Shown piece by piece: positions 8,625 to 19,450 of a DNA stretch of 64,000 nt (its first letter is position 1; each line of letters starts with the position of its first letter). Source of the DNA: an uncultured Bacteroidales bacterium (GTDB lineage Bacteria; Bacteroidota; Bacteroidia; Bacteroidales; VadinHA17); assembly GCA_963778605.1 (NCBI GenBank), contig CAVZVF010000001.1, positions 857,757 through 921,756 of the forward strand, given 5' to 3'. A program made the position numbers and the translations under genes. The notes under the pieces are model-generated. The model was not told where the DNA came from and ran no database searches. It saw only the letters and a list, made by a program, of their open reading frames with translations.

Positions 8625-10913
8625 TTATCTGAAATTCTGCTTCATCCACGAAATAACCTTTGATTTCATTTCCTCTGAAAAACGGTTATAGTCCTCAGGC
8701 GCAAATAATTCGACTTTGTCTTTTTGTTTATACAAATCATAGACTTTCTTCACTTCACTCAGGCAGTGATTTATATCAGGGAAAGAAGCATATTGGTCCC
8801 AGGTTGGGGCCACTATCAGCAGCGGACGCGGAGCGACAGCAGCCAGTATCTCATTAAAATCGTATGGTATCCGTTCCTCATTCTGCGCAAAGAATCCCAA
8901 CCGGGGCAGGAGACCATGGAGATGCGAATATTCATAGATCCCTTCAGCGGTTTTTCCAGGTTTGTTTGAACGCATTGGTGTAAAGCCACATACAGAAATT
9001 ACTCCTGCAATCCTCTCATCCAGCGCCGCACTGTATAATCCCACTGCTCCTCCGAGGGAATACCCGGCGACATATATCCGCTGCGGATCTATTAATTCGA
9101 GTTCTGACAACGCATCAACAGCCCAACGGACATCGGCCACCATGCGTCCCATTTTAGACCAGTGGGGAAGCGCTCATAGAAAAATTTACTCTCTTCTGTA
9201 TTTCTTGTTCCAAACCCGATCTGATCGTACAGGTAAACTGCATATCCCGCATTAACAAATTGTGTTATTATATTGCCTGTATTCATTATCCCTGTCGAAT
9301 AGGCATAACCATGCAGATAAATGATTACAGGAGGTTTTTTCATTTTTCTTTTCAGCCGGAAAGTACAGATAACCGAACATCAATGGTGTGCTGCTTATGC
9401 CTGATCCTACCCGGGGCAGGCCTCAACGGACTGAAGGTAATCGGTCTGAGGTCCGGGACCTACTGAGGGTGGTTCAATACCCATTCCCCAGTTGATCCTC
9501 TTCCTTAGATCAGGGATTTTTTGTTCCCATGCTGCCTGATTCTTAATAATCATTCCTTTTGTATCAATGAGCAGGTCATCTGTTACTTTCTCAGGATAGG
9601 ACAATGGATAAATATTTTCACCGCTCAGTCCGAGCCATTTGGAAAAGGTATAATCATAGATGAGTTCGTTCTTTGGTTTTATATCGCCGCGACCAAAAAC
9701 ATAATCGAAAAAGTCGAGGTATCTTTCCATATCCCTGTAAGCAGGAGCGTGCAGCCCCCAGCGAAGATCAAGAGCAATTTTATCCTCTGCCCCAAGAAAT
9801 TCATAAGCTTTCCGGGCCGACAAATAAGCCTGTTCAATGCCCCAGGGATTACCATCCGTTTGGTCAGGGCTGATGAAAGCATGAGTCCGCGGGGAGCGAT
9901 CAGCGCCATCAACGAGTTCTGGTCAACAGGGATTTTGCTTTCCCACCCGGTGAAAAACTTTAACCTGGGATTTACCCAGTGAGGGAAATTATAGCTGATC
10001 CTTTCAATGGTCTCAACATTATATCTAAATGCAGTGTACCGAAATGGATCCTCCCCGCCTGTGCCGCCGCTAATGGGAACCACAGCTTATCCTCTCATCG
10101 TAGGCAGCTGCCCAGAGCGCCATCTTGCCATTGCGTGACAATCCGGTAAGGCAATCTGATCCCTGTTCACATAATCAAGCGTATATAAATAATCTATTGC
10201 CCTCGAGGAAGCCCATGCCCATCGCATTATAGTAGTGAAGTCATACTCCGGCCAGTATAGTTTTTCGTATCCCTCACTGTCGTCGGGATATCCGTATTTC
10301 GGATCTGTTGCAGTAAACCGGCACCCTATATATCCTCTGCGGACTGCTGCCTGCACCGAATCATACCTATCTTTTTCCACGGGCAAATAAATACCGGGAA
10401 GGGTCGTTCAGCGGGAGTAAGAAAAGAGTGACATGGAGTTGTGCTTTGTGGTCAGGACCAAACTTTAAAAGGATCCTGCGTTCCATAAGCCGTCCTTTTT
10501 TATTCTCCTCCAGCACCTCAAACTGCAGGTTGTCAGGAGGAGGGGGAATGTACCGGTGATCCAATGCTGAGCAAGTTCTTTTATCTGTTCCCTTTTTTCG
10601 TTCCATTGGGATATGGTCTCTACGGGAATATTTTTGCCGCCTTCATCAATGATCAATGGATCAGGGAGGAAAGGCAGGGAAGGCAGCTTATCAAAATCGG
10701 GCGGGAGAGAGCCTGTCCTCTTCAGCCATTGGTGCCAGGTAAAATCGTCAGGAGTAACGTGTTCAGCTGCTCCTTCGGGAAATATCCTGTCTTCAGGAAG
10801 CACTTTCAACAGTTTTTGAAGATATTCTCTTGATCATGATCCGGTTCGCCTGATACCGTACCTTTAAACATAAGAAAGGTCAATGTCAATAAAGTGTAAA
10901 GGAAAAACCTCAT
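8625..10913 (-). pseudogene. Two-domain alpha/beta-hydrolase, copy 1 (glucuronyl-esterase/CE15-like N-terminal half plus GYSLGG serine-hydrolase C-terminal half); at least 7 frame breaks as assembled
   Basis: Seven overlapping ORF pieces (8625..9152, 9092..9343, 9407..9823, 9679..10083, 10087..10386, 10367..10606, 10465..10809) plus a manually found signal-peptide piece from ATG at 10913 (MRFFLYTLLTLTFLMFKG). It is colinear with the paralog at 12384..14763 (WLKRTGSLPPDFDKLP versus WLRKTGELPPDFDKM). The CE15 assignment is tentative. Confidence 0.65.
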
Positions 10914-11443
10914 ATCTTAATACGTTTTGATAAATGTAAGAAGATAAATCTAAACATCAGCAGACTGTTGATATTTTACTGAAATCTGAGGGATTGTATA
11001 AGGGTCCCTGCAGACAGGTCTAACTTCACTTACCCACTACCTTTTACAAACTTTCATTTTGGCTCTTAGGCTCTCTTTTGGGATCAACCTGTGTTAAATC
11101 GTTTCTTACTCCATTTAAGGGTTAATTTATTCACTATAATTACTAATTTTATTATAGTTAAATATAATTTAATATGACAATCGGTAATCATGCATAAGAC
11201 CTCTTTGATTCAAGCATCAAAATATTTATATGTATGATTCCAGATAGTCATATAATTTAATAATTGTTGAATTGTTTAACTGCCAGTATTATTGGTGGAC
11301 CTGTTTCCGGAAGGGAATTCCTGTCCGGCAGCGATTTTTTTCTTATTTTGTGAATCTGAAAATACTGCTATGTTATTTACTCATTTCCGTTTTTTCTTTT
11401 GATTTTTAAATAGAGGATTTATCGTTAACTTAAATTAGTCATT

Positions 11444-12201
11444 ATGTTATTTAATATTGAAGGAAAAAGAATACTGATTACCGGTTCGACAAGGGGATTA
11501 GGATATGTAATTGCTGAAGGTTTGGCAAAAGAGGGAGCTTCAGTAATTATAAACGGCAGGATCAGGAAAAAGTTGATGTTGCTGCCGATTCTTTCATAAA
11601 GAAAGGATTTAAAGTTTCCGGATTTGCTTTTGATATTACGAAAGCGAGCAAAGTTGAACGTCGAATTAATGAAATTGAAAAAAAACTTGGCCCTATCGAT
11701 GTTCTGGTCAACAATGCAGGTATTCAGTATCGTGCCCCACTCGAAGAATTCAAACTTGAGGATTGGAATAATGTGCTGAATGCCAATCTTACAGGTGCAT
11801 TTATTGTCAGTAAAGAAGCAGTAAAAGGCATGATACAACGCAAAAGCGGTAAAATAATTAATATATGTTCATTACAAAGTGAACTTGCACGTCCGACAAT
11901 AGCACCATATTCAGCAGCAAAAGGTGGATTGAAGATGCTTACACGTGCAATGGCTACTGAATGGGCAAAATATAATATTCAGGTAAATAGCATAGGCCCG
12001 GGATATTTTAAAACGGATATGACAAAGCCACTTTACGAAAATCCTGAATTTGATACCTGGGTGTGTAAAAGAACGCCGGCTAACAGATGGGGAAATCCTG
12101 AAGAGCTTGTTGGCACAGTGATTTTCCTTTCATCAAAGGCCAGCAGTTTTATTAACGGACAACTTATTTTTGTTGATGGCGGTATTACTGCATGTATTTA
12201 A
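11444..12201 (+). CDS. SDR-family oxidoreductase (gluconate 5-dehydrogenase / KduD-like); one frame break near 11558-11562
   Basis: ATG at 11444 gives MLFNIEGKRILITGSTRGLGYVIAEGLAKEGASVIINGR (Rossmann TGxxxGxG). The frame then shifts, and restoring one G in agg|atcagg gives NGRDQEKVDVAADSF... It rejoins tracked ORF 11773..12201, which has NNAG and the YSAAKGG catalytic motif. Confidence 0.8.
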
Positions 12202-12383
12202 AATATTGATATTAAAATAATTATGAAAGAACCAAAAAATTGGAATTATATAAGTTGAGTTTATTTATTTCAATCAACAGGATTTATGTGGGTAGCTTCG
12301 TGAGTAAGGCAGCACCGGTAAAAGCTGTATTCCGGGTAAAAATTCTTCTTAATAATCCTTTTCTGACCTTATCAATTGATCTA

Positions 12384-14763
12384 TTATTTTTCCTTCCCGG
12401 GTTTCAGGTTTAGTCCGGTCATCCATTCAATCACCATTTCCTGGTATTCAGGAGGAAACCGGTTGAAATCAGCCGGATTGCTGAAAACGATGTTTTCTTT
12501 TTTTCCATATAGGTCAAAAACCTCTTGAAGCTTCCCTGTAGCATATTTCAACATCCTCCGGGAACCAGTCCTGATCAAGTTCAGGAGCAAGGATAAAGAC
12601 ATTCCGGGGCGCTATCATACCAAGTATTTCATGAAAATCATATGATATAAGTTTTTCATTCCCAAGAAAAAATCCAAGTCCGGGTATTGTCGGCCGGAAA
12701 TGTGAGTATCTTCTTATTCCTTCTGTTTCATTTCCATGAACATCCATTCTCATTGAACCAAAGCCGCATGTTGTTGCAACAGCTTTGATTCGCGGCTCAA
12801 AAGCAGCTGCATATAATCCAACCATACCACCCAGGGAGTAACCTGGTAACCACATGATCCTGTCTTTGTCAATCCATTCAATCAGGTTTAAAGCATCAAT
12901 AATTTTACTGACATCGCTCATGATTATGCCTAGAGCAGATGTATTCTTATTTTCAGAGTAGAATTCAATTCCTGAATCCCTGTTGCAGAAGCCCGTAACC
13001 AAACTGGTCAAATTCAACTGCAAGAAATCCGTACTGTGCAAGCCTTTCACCCACACTGGTTGAATAGCCGTATCCTCTGGACGAGTTATATCCGTTTGCA
13101 TCCAGATATGCATGAAGGTATATAACAGCAGGTGTGTTGATTTTCTTATCTCCGGGATATGTCAGGTGAAGAATAAGTCTGGTCGTTGATCCGGACCTCT
13201 GCTTTTAAAAACCTTTCTTTGAATTTTCTCTCATTTTCAAACGTGATTGTTTGTATTTTCTCATATTCAGGAAGCTCTCCGATAATTGAATTGATCTGTT
13301 TCTTCAAATGCAAGGTTTTTTCTTCCCATTCATCCTTTGTTCTGATCATTTTGCCGTCAGCTTTGGTCAGAATATCATTCATGCCTATTTCAGCATACTC
13401 ATCAGGCTCCGGTTCCCTGCCTTGCATTTTTTCCCATTCATCAAAAGAGTATGTATATATAAGCTCGTCATTAAACCCTGTCTGTTTTCTTCCGAAACGT
13501 ATATCGAGCCAGTCGAGATAGGCATTGATCATAACCGGGGTCACCTCATGTGCCCCCGGCGAGGCATAAAACGACATCTTCTTCATGTCCGAGTAACCGT
13601 AAATCCTTTTTAACTTCCATATAGCACTGCTGATCCCCCCAGACTTCGCCGACGGCGTCATGTCCACCGCTACCCATAAGGCAAGGACGGGGAGCAATGA
13701 GCGCCAGCAAAGAGTGTCCGTCGAATGGAAGCTTGTTCTCCCTTCCCATAAAGAAACGCATTCGCGGATGGTTCCAGTATGGGAATCTGCGTGTACTGTT
13801 TTCAAGAAAATCCCCACTGTACTGATCACCAGCGTACCTCCAGAGATCAAATCATCCTGCAACCGTTCCTGGATGACTGTTGATAACCGCCTTTATTCTT
13901 TCATCCATTATGGCTGCAAGCAGAGCCGTTTTTGCTCCCCTCGAATGGCCGGCCGCTGCTATTTTTAACTTGTCAATATCATCTCTGGCATATAGCAGAT
14001 CGACACACCTGGATGCAGCATATGCCCACCATTCAAGCTGGTTGCATTCATATCCCGGATATACGCCTGCAATTAAATCTGCATCCTTCCTGCTGAAACG
14101 GCAAACTACATACCCGGATTTTTCCAGCCTTTCCAGGTCATTGGCACCAATTTCGCCGGTAGAAGCTGCCGGCCCTAGTTTGACAATTGCCGGAAAGGGT
14201 TTTTTCCCTTTGGGAACATAGAGTTCCACATTCAGTATTGCTGTAAGGAAATTACTGTAATCAAGCCGGCCATAACCATATGAATTGTCAACATATTCCA
14301 CTGCCCTTGCTGATGGGGCAAACATAAGCTGAACATTATGCTTTGTGTATAATTCATTTTCTTCTGCAACTCCTTCCTGGTATTTTATTGCTGTTTTTGG
14401 AGGAGGCGGTGGCCAATTTCCGAACATGTACTCCTTCATTTCCTTTACTATTTCCTGTTTTCTTTCCTGCCACTGTTCAGGTGTCTTAACAGGCTTCCCG
14501 TTTTCGAAAACCATCAGATCGGGAGGGGCCGCACAAGTTCTCATTTTATCAAAGTCGGGAGGCAATTCACCTGTCTTCCTTAGCCAGTTCTCCCAGATGG
14601 GAACTTCATGGGGATTATCATCTTTATCGGAACGGTATGTATTAAGGAGCTGTTCCAGATATTCGGATCTTTTTTCCTTTGAGCTATTGTTAATCCTCTT
14701 TCCGCAGTTTACCATTAACAGTAATGAGAATGATACAATAAAAGCAGTTGTAATTTTTGTCAT
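12384..14763 (-). pseudogene. Two-domain alpha/beta-hydrolase, copy 2 (paralog of 8625..10913); at least 4 frame breaks as assembled
   Basis: ORF pieces are 13852..14763 (lipoprotein signal LLLMVNCG and a GHSRGAK nucleophile-elbow-like motif), 13546..13761, 13146..13862, 12514..13113 (GYSLGG) and 12384..12602. Domain order matches copy 1. Confidence 0.65.
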
Positions 14764-14808
14764 GTTTCAGAGAGATTGAGATTTCTGTTGTCTTAAGTTA
14801 TTTTTCAT

Positions 14809-15663
14809 CTACTTAATTATCATGCTGTCGCCAGGCTTTAGTGAGTGATATCTGGCCTGAAGTGAAGGAGCCAGGCGCATATAGACTTCGTGTGGATATC
14901 CTTTGGTCCACCAGTAATTGTTTTCAGCAACTTTAATGGTTCCGTAATGCTGTGGAAAAATGTAATCAGGATCAAGAGTGTTGATTAGAATGACCGATTG
15001 ATCAATGTACATGTTGTGCTCAGTGGGAGAGAAGAAAAGCACATCGAGATGGAAGTCCTTTACTTTATTTCTTTCCTTTTTTAAGAAAAGGTGGTCTTCA
15101 AGGAGGTAAGTATCACCCGGTTGAAGGAAATTCTTTCCATTAATATTCAGAAGATACCCGCAATCCTGCATATTGGCATCGTAATAAATTGCAAAATCCA
15201 TGTTCCCGTGAATTGCCCGCAGAGGATTTACTTTTATTCCCTTTACCTCAAAAGGCACCCTTGGTTTTGCTACAATTATGCGTTCATCGGGAATATTCAG
15301 CTTTTTTGCCTGGGCAAGGCAGCTTTCGGGAATCACAAACAGGCATGAGGACTTTTCAAGTAAAATCCGTGAAGTGTACTCATTAAAATGATCACCATGT
15401 CCATGTGTGATAAATGAAATATCAAGGACACCAGCAATTTCTTCAGGAGAGATAGGGCAGGGGTCAATGCGGTTTTGTTCCTCCAGGAACAGATCAGTTG
15501 CAACGACAAGATCATCTGATTTTATGATCCAGCTGTCGTTGCCGATCCACCAAACGGAGGTTCCGGCTTTATGGTCTTTAATGTCATCAATCATGCGATC
15601 ATTCTGGCCGGAAATGCTTGCAAGTACAAAAAGGCCCGATAGAAGACTAATATATCTTTTCAT
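14809..15663 (-). CDS. MBL-fold metallo-hydrolase, secreted
   Basis: 284-aa intact ORF with a signal peptide and the HGHGDH zinc-binding motif (FITHGHGDHFN). Confidence 0.8.
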   Translation of the reverse strand: MKRYISLLSGLFVLASISGQNDRMIDDIKDHKAGTSVWWIGNDSWIIKSDDLVVATDLFLEEQNRIDPCPISPEEIAGVLDISFITHGHGDHFNEYTSRILLEKSSCLFVIPESCLAQAKKLNIPDERIIVAKPRVPFEVKGIKVNPLRAIHGNMDFAIYYDANMQDCGYLLNINGKNFLQPGDTYLLEDHLFLKKERNKVKDFHLDVLFFSPTEHNMYIDQSVILINTLDPDYIFPQHYGTIKVAENNYWWTKGYPHEVYMRLAPSLQARYHSLKPGDSMIIK

Positions 15664-15888
15664 TGACGGGATTCTTATTAACTTATAAAAATAATGGTAA
15701 CTGATCAGTATCTATAAAAATAAGCTGGTATTAACAATTTTTGATTGAAGTTAACATTTATTTGTTTTGATTCAAAGTTGATTTGCGAAAATGAACACAT
15801 ATAAACAATTATTATTTTAATGTTTGATAAATAAGCGATTACGTTCTTTGATATTTTGGATTCCAGGATTAGTTTCGCAGAACGGAAT

Positions 15889-16230
15889 ATGGAACCCTCC
15901 TATAAAATTATCATTAAAGATCTGAAGCGCATCATTTTGATGCAGGCACAAGAACTTGCTAAAGTTCCACAGTTGATTGCACGAATTGAAGCTACTGAAC
16001 GGGAATTGGCGCTATACAAAACTAAAAAAGACAGTATAAACAGCTCTATTCCACCTGCTAAAGATGAGAACAGACCGCCACCCACGATTAGTCTTAGGGA
16101 AAAAGGGAATCTTAAGACAGGAAGACAACCCGGGCATGAGGGCGAGACTCTGAAGATTACAGATAACCCCGATAAGATTGTTGAACATCGTGCATGTTTT
16201 TGTCCTGAATGTAAAAAAGACATTTCATTG
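15889..16230 (+). mobile_element. IS66-family transposase N-terminal fragment
   Basis: ORF 15856..16287. From ATG at 15889 it reads MEPSYKIIIKDLKRIILMQAQELAKV...NSSIPPAKDENRPP...GRQPGHEGETL...CFCPECKK. This shows the coiled-coil, Ser/Pro patch, QPGH box and zinc-finger typical of IS66 N-termini. Homology is lost after about codon 115. Confidence 0.65.
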
Positions 16231-16348
16231 GCAGATTTCGTATGCTTATCCCCGAATAAAATTTACTATTTAAGTTGTTACTGGTGATAATCAACGGAAA
16301 GTCATGAACACTAAACAGCTTGAAATTAATTTTGTATCAGGCAGTCTT

Positions 16349-17521
16349 TTACAGACTTGTATATTCCCAATATAACCTGTTATTTATTATGTAATTAAAT
16401 ATTTCCTGGTAAAGAACTAGTTGTATATCCAATATTTTGTTATATTTTACAAGCGACTCTTCTTTTCCCTCCTCTAATGTGCCGTGTGAACATTCGAAAG
16501 TAAAAGAGGTTGTCCCGGATATAAAATGCATGGCGCTGACCAGATTGAACGAACTTCGAGGGGGAGGAACAGGATCATCAGCTGCAACTCTTAATGACCA
16601 GCCTTCCTTCGAGTGAGGTAATCCTAAAGATCCGTAATGCTGGTTTAACTGGCTGGCTAATTCAGCTATCCTTTTTTTTATAAAAACAGGGACATGACTT
16701 GTTTGAATAATAGATGGCACTTCGCAACAGCATGAATGTAATGAAACAGAGATATCGGGAGCCTCGTCATGTGCTAATTTTAAAATGGCTTTTGTCTCTT
16801 CTGCCATAGGGATGAAAAACTCATCATGCATGATATTTATACCATTATCATTAAAGTAGGAACCCAATATACCTACATCGCCTTTCATAGGGTGTAATGA
16901 TTTGGACGGAAGCCATCTCCATAAAGTTCCATCTATATGGGTACCCTGACCATATTTTGTCATCATTTCACATGGAAGGTTAACAAAACTATCGTAAGGG
17001 CATCTTTTACGTCCATCCGGATTACTACAGGGAATAATGATGACCCTGCATTGATCTATATATTTCTTTAATTCCGGCCACTCCCTGTCACGATAGTCTT
17101 TACCTGTTTCAGCAATGTGTATCAGGTTAACAAGTCCTGCGATCCCTTCTCCCTCTGTCCCATGGACCGGTCCTACAAAAAATACTACAGGTTTTGTGCA
17201 GGAGTCTTTTCTTGCATAATAGACAGGATTGCCGGCACCTACAGCGGAATTATAGTTTGCCTGAGATTGAAAGTTATCCTTTTCACCATAATAAACAGCA
17301 TAAACCGGCAACCCTCCCGGAGAGTTGGCTACTGTCTGTGACCTACCAGCTTTCAGGCCGGCTATCTCAGCTTTGACATCCGAAAGTCTTGATTTGTAAA
17401 AACCGGGGATATCCGTATTGTTTGGCGGGTCGCCAGGATCAATTGGATTTTGAGAGAAAGTGATTTGAGTAGTAAGGAGAAACACTAAGATTATCAGGCA
17501 TTCAAAAATTATTTTTTTCAT
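16349..17521 (-). CDS. M14-like zinc carboxypeptidase family protein, secreted
   Basis: 390-aa intact ORF with a signal peptide. VHGTEGEG (H-x-x-E) and SNPDGRKR motifs are consistent with peptidase M14. Confidence 0.6.
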   Translation of the reverse strand: MKKIIFECLIILVFLLTTQITFSQNPIDPGDPPNNTDIPGFYKSRLSDVKAEIAGLKAGRSQTVANSPGGLPVYAVYYGEKDNFQSQANYNSAVGAGNPVYYARKDSCTKPVVFFVGPVHGTEGEGIAGLVNLIHIAETGKDYRDREWPELKKYIDQCRVIIIPCSNPDGRKRCPYDSFVNLPCEMMTKYGQGTHIDGTLWRWLPSKSLHPMKGDVGILGSYFNDNGINIMHDEFFIPMAEETKAILKLAHDEAPDISVSLHSCCCEVPSIIQTSHVPVFIKKRIAELASQLNQHYGSLGLPHSKEGWSLRVAADDPVPPPRSSFNLVSAMHFISGTTSFTFECSHGTLEEGKEESLVKYNKILDIQLVLYQEIFNYIINNRLYWEYTSL

Positions 17522-17581
17522 ATTTTATTGATTAATCATTTATTTAACATTCAATTTCACAGGATGTTAAATTTTTTTTAA

Positions 17582-17608
17582 AGAACCGGGAGAGTATCTC
17601 CCGGTTCT
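17582..17608 (-). terminator. Perfect 12-bp hairpin 3 nt after the SusD stop (possible weak terminator or RNA-stability element)
   Basis: agaaccgggaga-gta-tctcccggttct. On the minus strand it is followed by only TTT and then an A-run, so the U-tract is weak. Confidence 0.45.
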
Positions 17609-17611
17609 AAA

Positions 17612-19413
17612 TTATTCGTAGAAAGGATTTTGTACAAGTTTTGGAGCTCTGTTAATTTCATCCCTGGAGATAGGAAACCAGTATAATTTCTTATTCCAGA
17701 CTTTTTGAGGTGCAGCATAAGACTGCATCCATGTGGTTGTAATAATTCCATTATCGTTAACTTCTGTGATATCAACACCATACAGGTATTGAGCAAAATT
17801 TGCTTCAAGGGTTTTCCACCTTCTTTCATCAAACCAACGTTTATTTTCAAAAGCCAGTTCAATATTCCTTTCATGACGTAATGCCGTTTCAAGATCGCCT
17901 GTGACATCCGGAAGCCCTGCCCTGTTCCTTACCATATTGACGAATTGTGTGGCAGTTGTGATATCGCCTAACTCTAAAGAAGCTTCTGCATAGTTTAAAA
18001 GGATCTCAGCATAGCGGATCCATATACAAATACTCTGATTCTGGTCTGTAACACCGGCAACCTTATCATCCATCTGTTTTTTAATAAGATATCCTGTGTA
18101 ACATGCATTCTGAGGCGATACAGGACCCTGCCGGGTATCCAGCCCGAACCTTTTACTTATTACCACACCATTTTCTATAACTATCCTGGTTCGTCTGTCG
18201 TAAATGCCAAGCGGATCTATTGTTAACATATCAGCAGGACGTTTTTGCCAGAGGGTGCTGTCGTAAAGAATACTTGCATAGAACCTTGGTTCACGATTAT
18301 AATAAATGTTTTTATTTGTAAATTTGGCCGATACGTTTATATATTCTTTATTGGTATTAAATGTAAAATGGTCAAAGAACTTTGATCCATCCTTCATTTC
18401 ATAATCATCCACCATGTTTCCGTAAGGATCGTTATTCCCCCAGCAATTAAGCCCGTTAGGTCCGCACCACCTGTTTGTCCACATAGCAAATCCGACATCC
18501 AGCCTATACATTCTTCCCCATATGACTTCTTTATCTGCCAGGGTATAGGCCTTAAAAAAGTCAAAGTATTTTTTTGCTACAACCTCCTGGTCAGGAGCTC
18601 CAAAATCAGAAAGTTCGCATGTGCCCAGATCCATAACCGCTTTTGCTGCATTTTTTGCTGCGGTCCACAAGGCATTTCTGTCAGGATTACTGTAACCTAC
18701 ATACTCACTTTCAGCCAGTCCATTGGCTGTAAGATCGCTGGCCGCAAACAACAAAATATTTGATTTAAGAGCAAGAGCAGCTTCTTTTGTTGGTCTGCCC
18801 ATTATCGAATTACTTTTAAGATTGAGTAATTGGGCTGCATCATCACAGTCTTTAACTATAAAATCAACGGTTTCCTTGAAAGTGTTCCTTCCAATTTCAG
18901 AGAAATCATCCCCCAGTTGATTCGGCTGATCAAAAAGTGGAACACCGCCATAGACACGGCATAGTTCATAATAAAATACGGCTCTGAGAAAGATAGCTTC
19001 ACCTTTTAATATCCCGGCACTTTCCTTGTCAGGCATTTTGTCAATATTGGCAATGAAGTAATTTAATCTCGAACAGAGATAAACCTGTTCCAATTCAGAT
19101 GACCACGGTCAGTACCGGCAGCATTGGGACTTACCTGTGCCTGGTCGTATTCGGTCAGACTTCCGCCCTTTAAATATGTGTGTTCTGTTGTAAAAGGACC
19201 TGTTCCATAATCATTACCACGTTTTATATTGCCATTTGGGAGTTCATATTTATAAATTGCATTCAGATATCTGCTGGCAAGGTTAGCGTCCGCCCAGATG
19301 AGAGGGTCGGAATAGCTGTCCAGGGGAGTCTTATCCAGAATTTTCTCACTGCAAGCAGGGAGCAAAAGAACCAGTACAGCTATGAAGTATATGTTTTTAA
19401 TATTTCTTTCCAT
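17612..19413 (-). CDS. susD: SusD/RagB-family nutrient-binding lipoprotein; one frame break near 19063-19093
   Basis: ORF 19063..19413 (lipobox LLLPACSE, N-terminal SusD-like) continues into ORF 17612..19093 (493 aa, RagB/SusD C-terminal region). It lies directly downstream of SusC with a 37-nt gap. Confidence 0.85.
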
Positions 19414-19450
19414 TATAATATGTTTTTAATATATTCTAAAATTGTATCAA

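Noticed and set aside
9521-9982. Antisense ORFs inside larger genes (for example 9521..9982, 13186..13521, 14345..14779, 27165..27617, 27941..28345, 49120..49497, 42782..43024)
   Set aside because: Each lies opposite a gene with clear family motifs and has low-complexity or Ser/Leu/Pro-rich composition typical of shadow ORFs. None has a recognisable motif.
8196-16230. A clean single inversion splitting one IS66 copy
   Set aside because: The two fragments together cover only about 200 of the roughly 500 residues. The DDE core is missing at both junctions, so a simple two-breakpoint inversion cannot account for them. It is kept only as a low-confidence finding.
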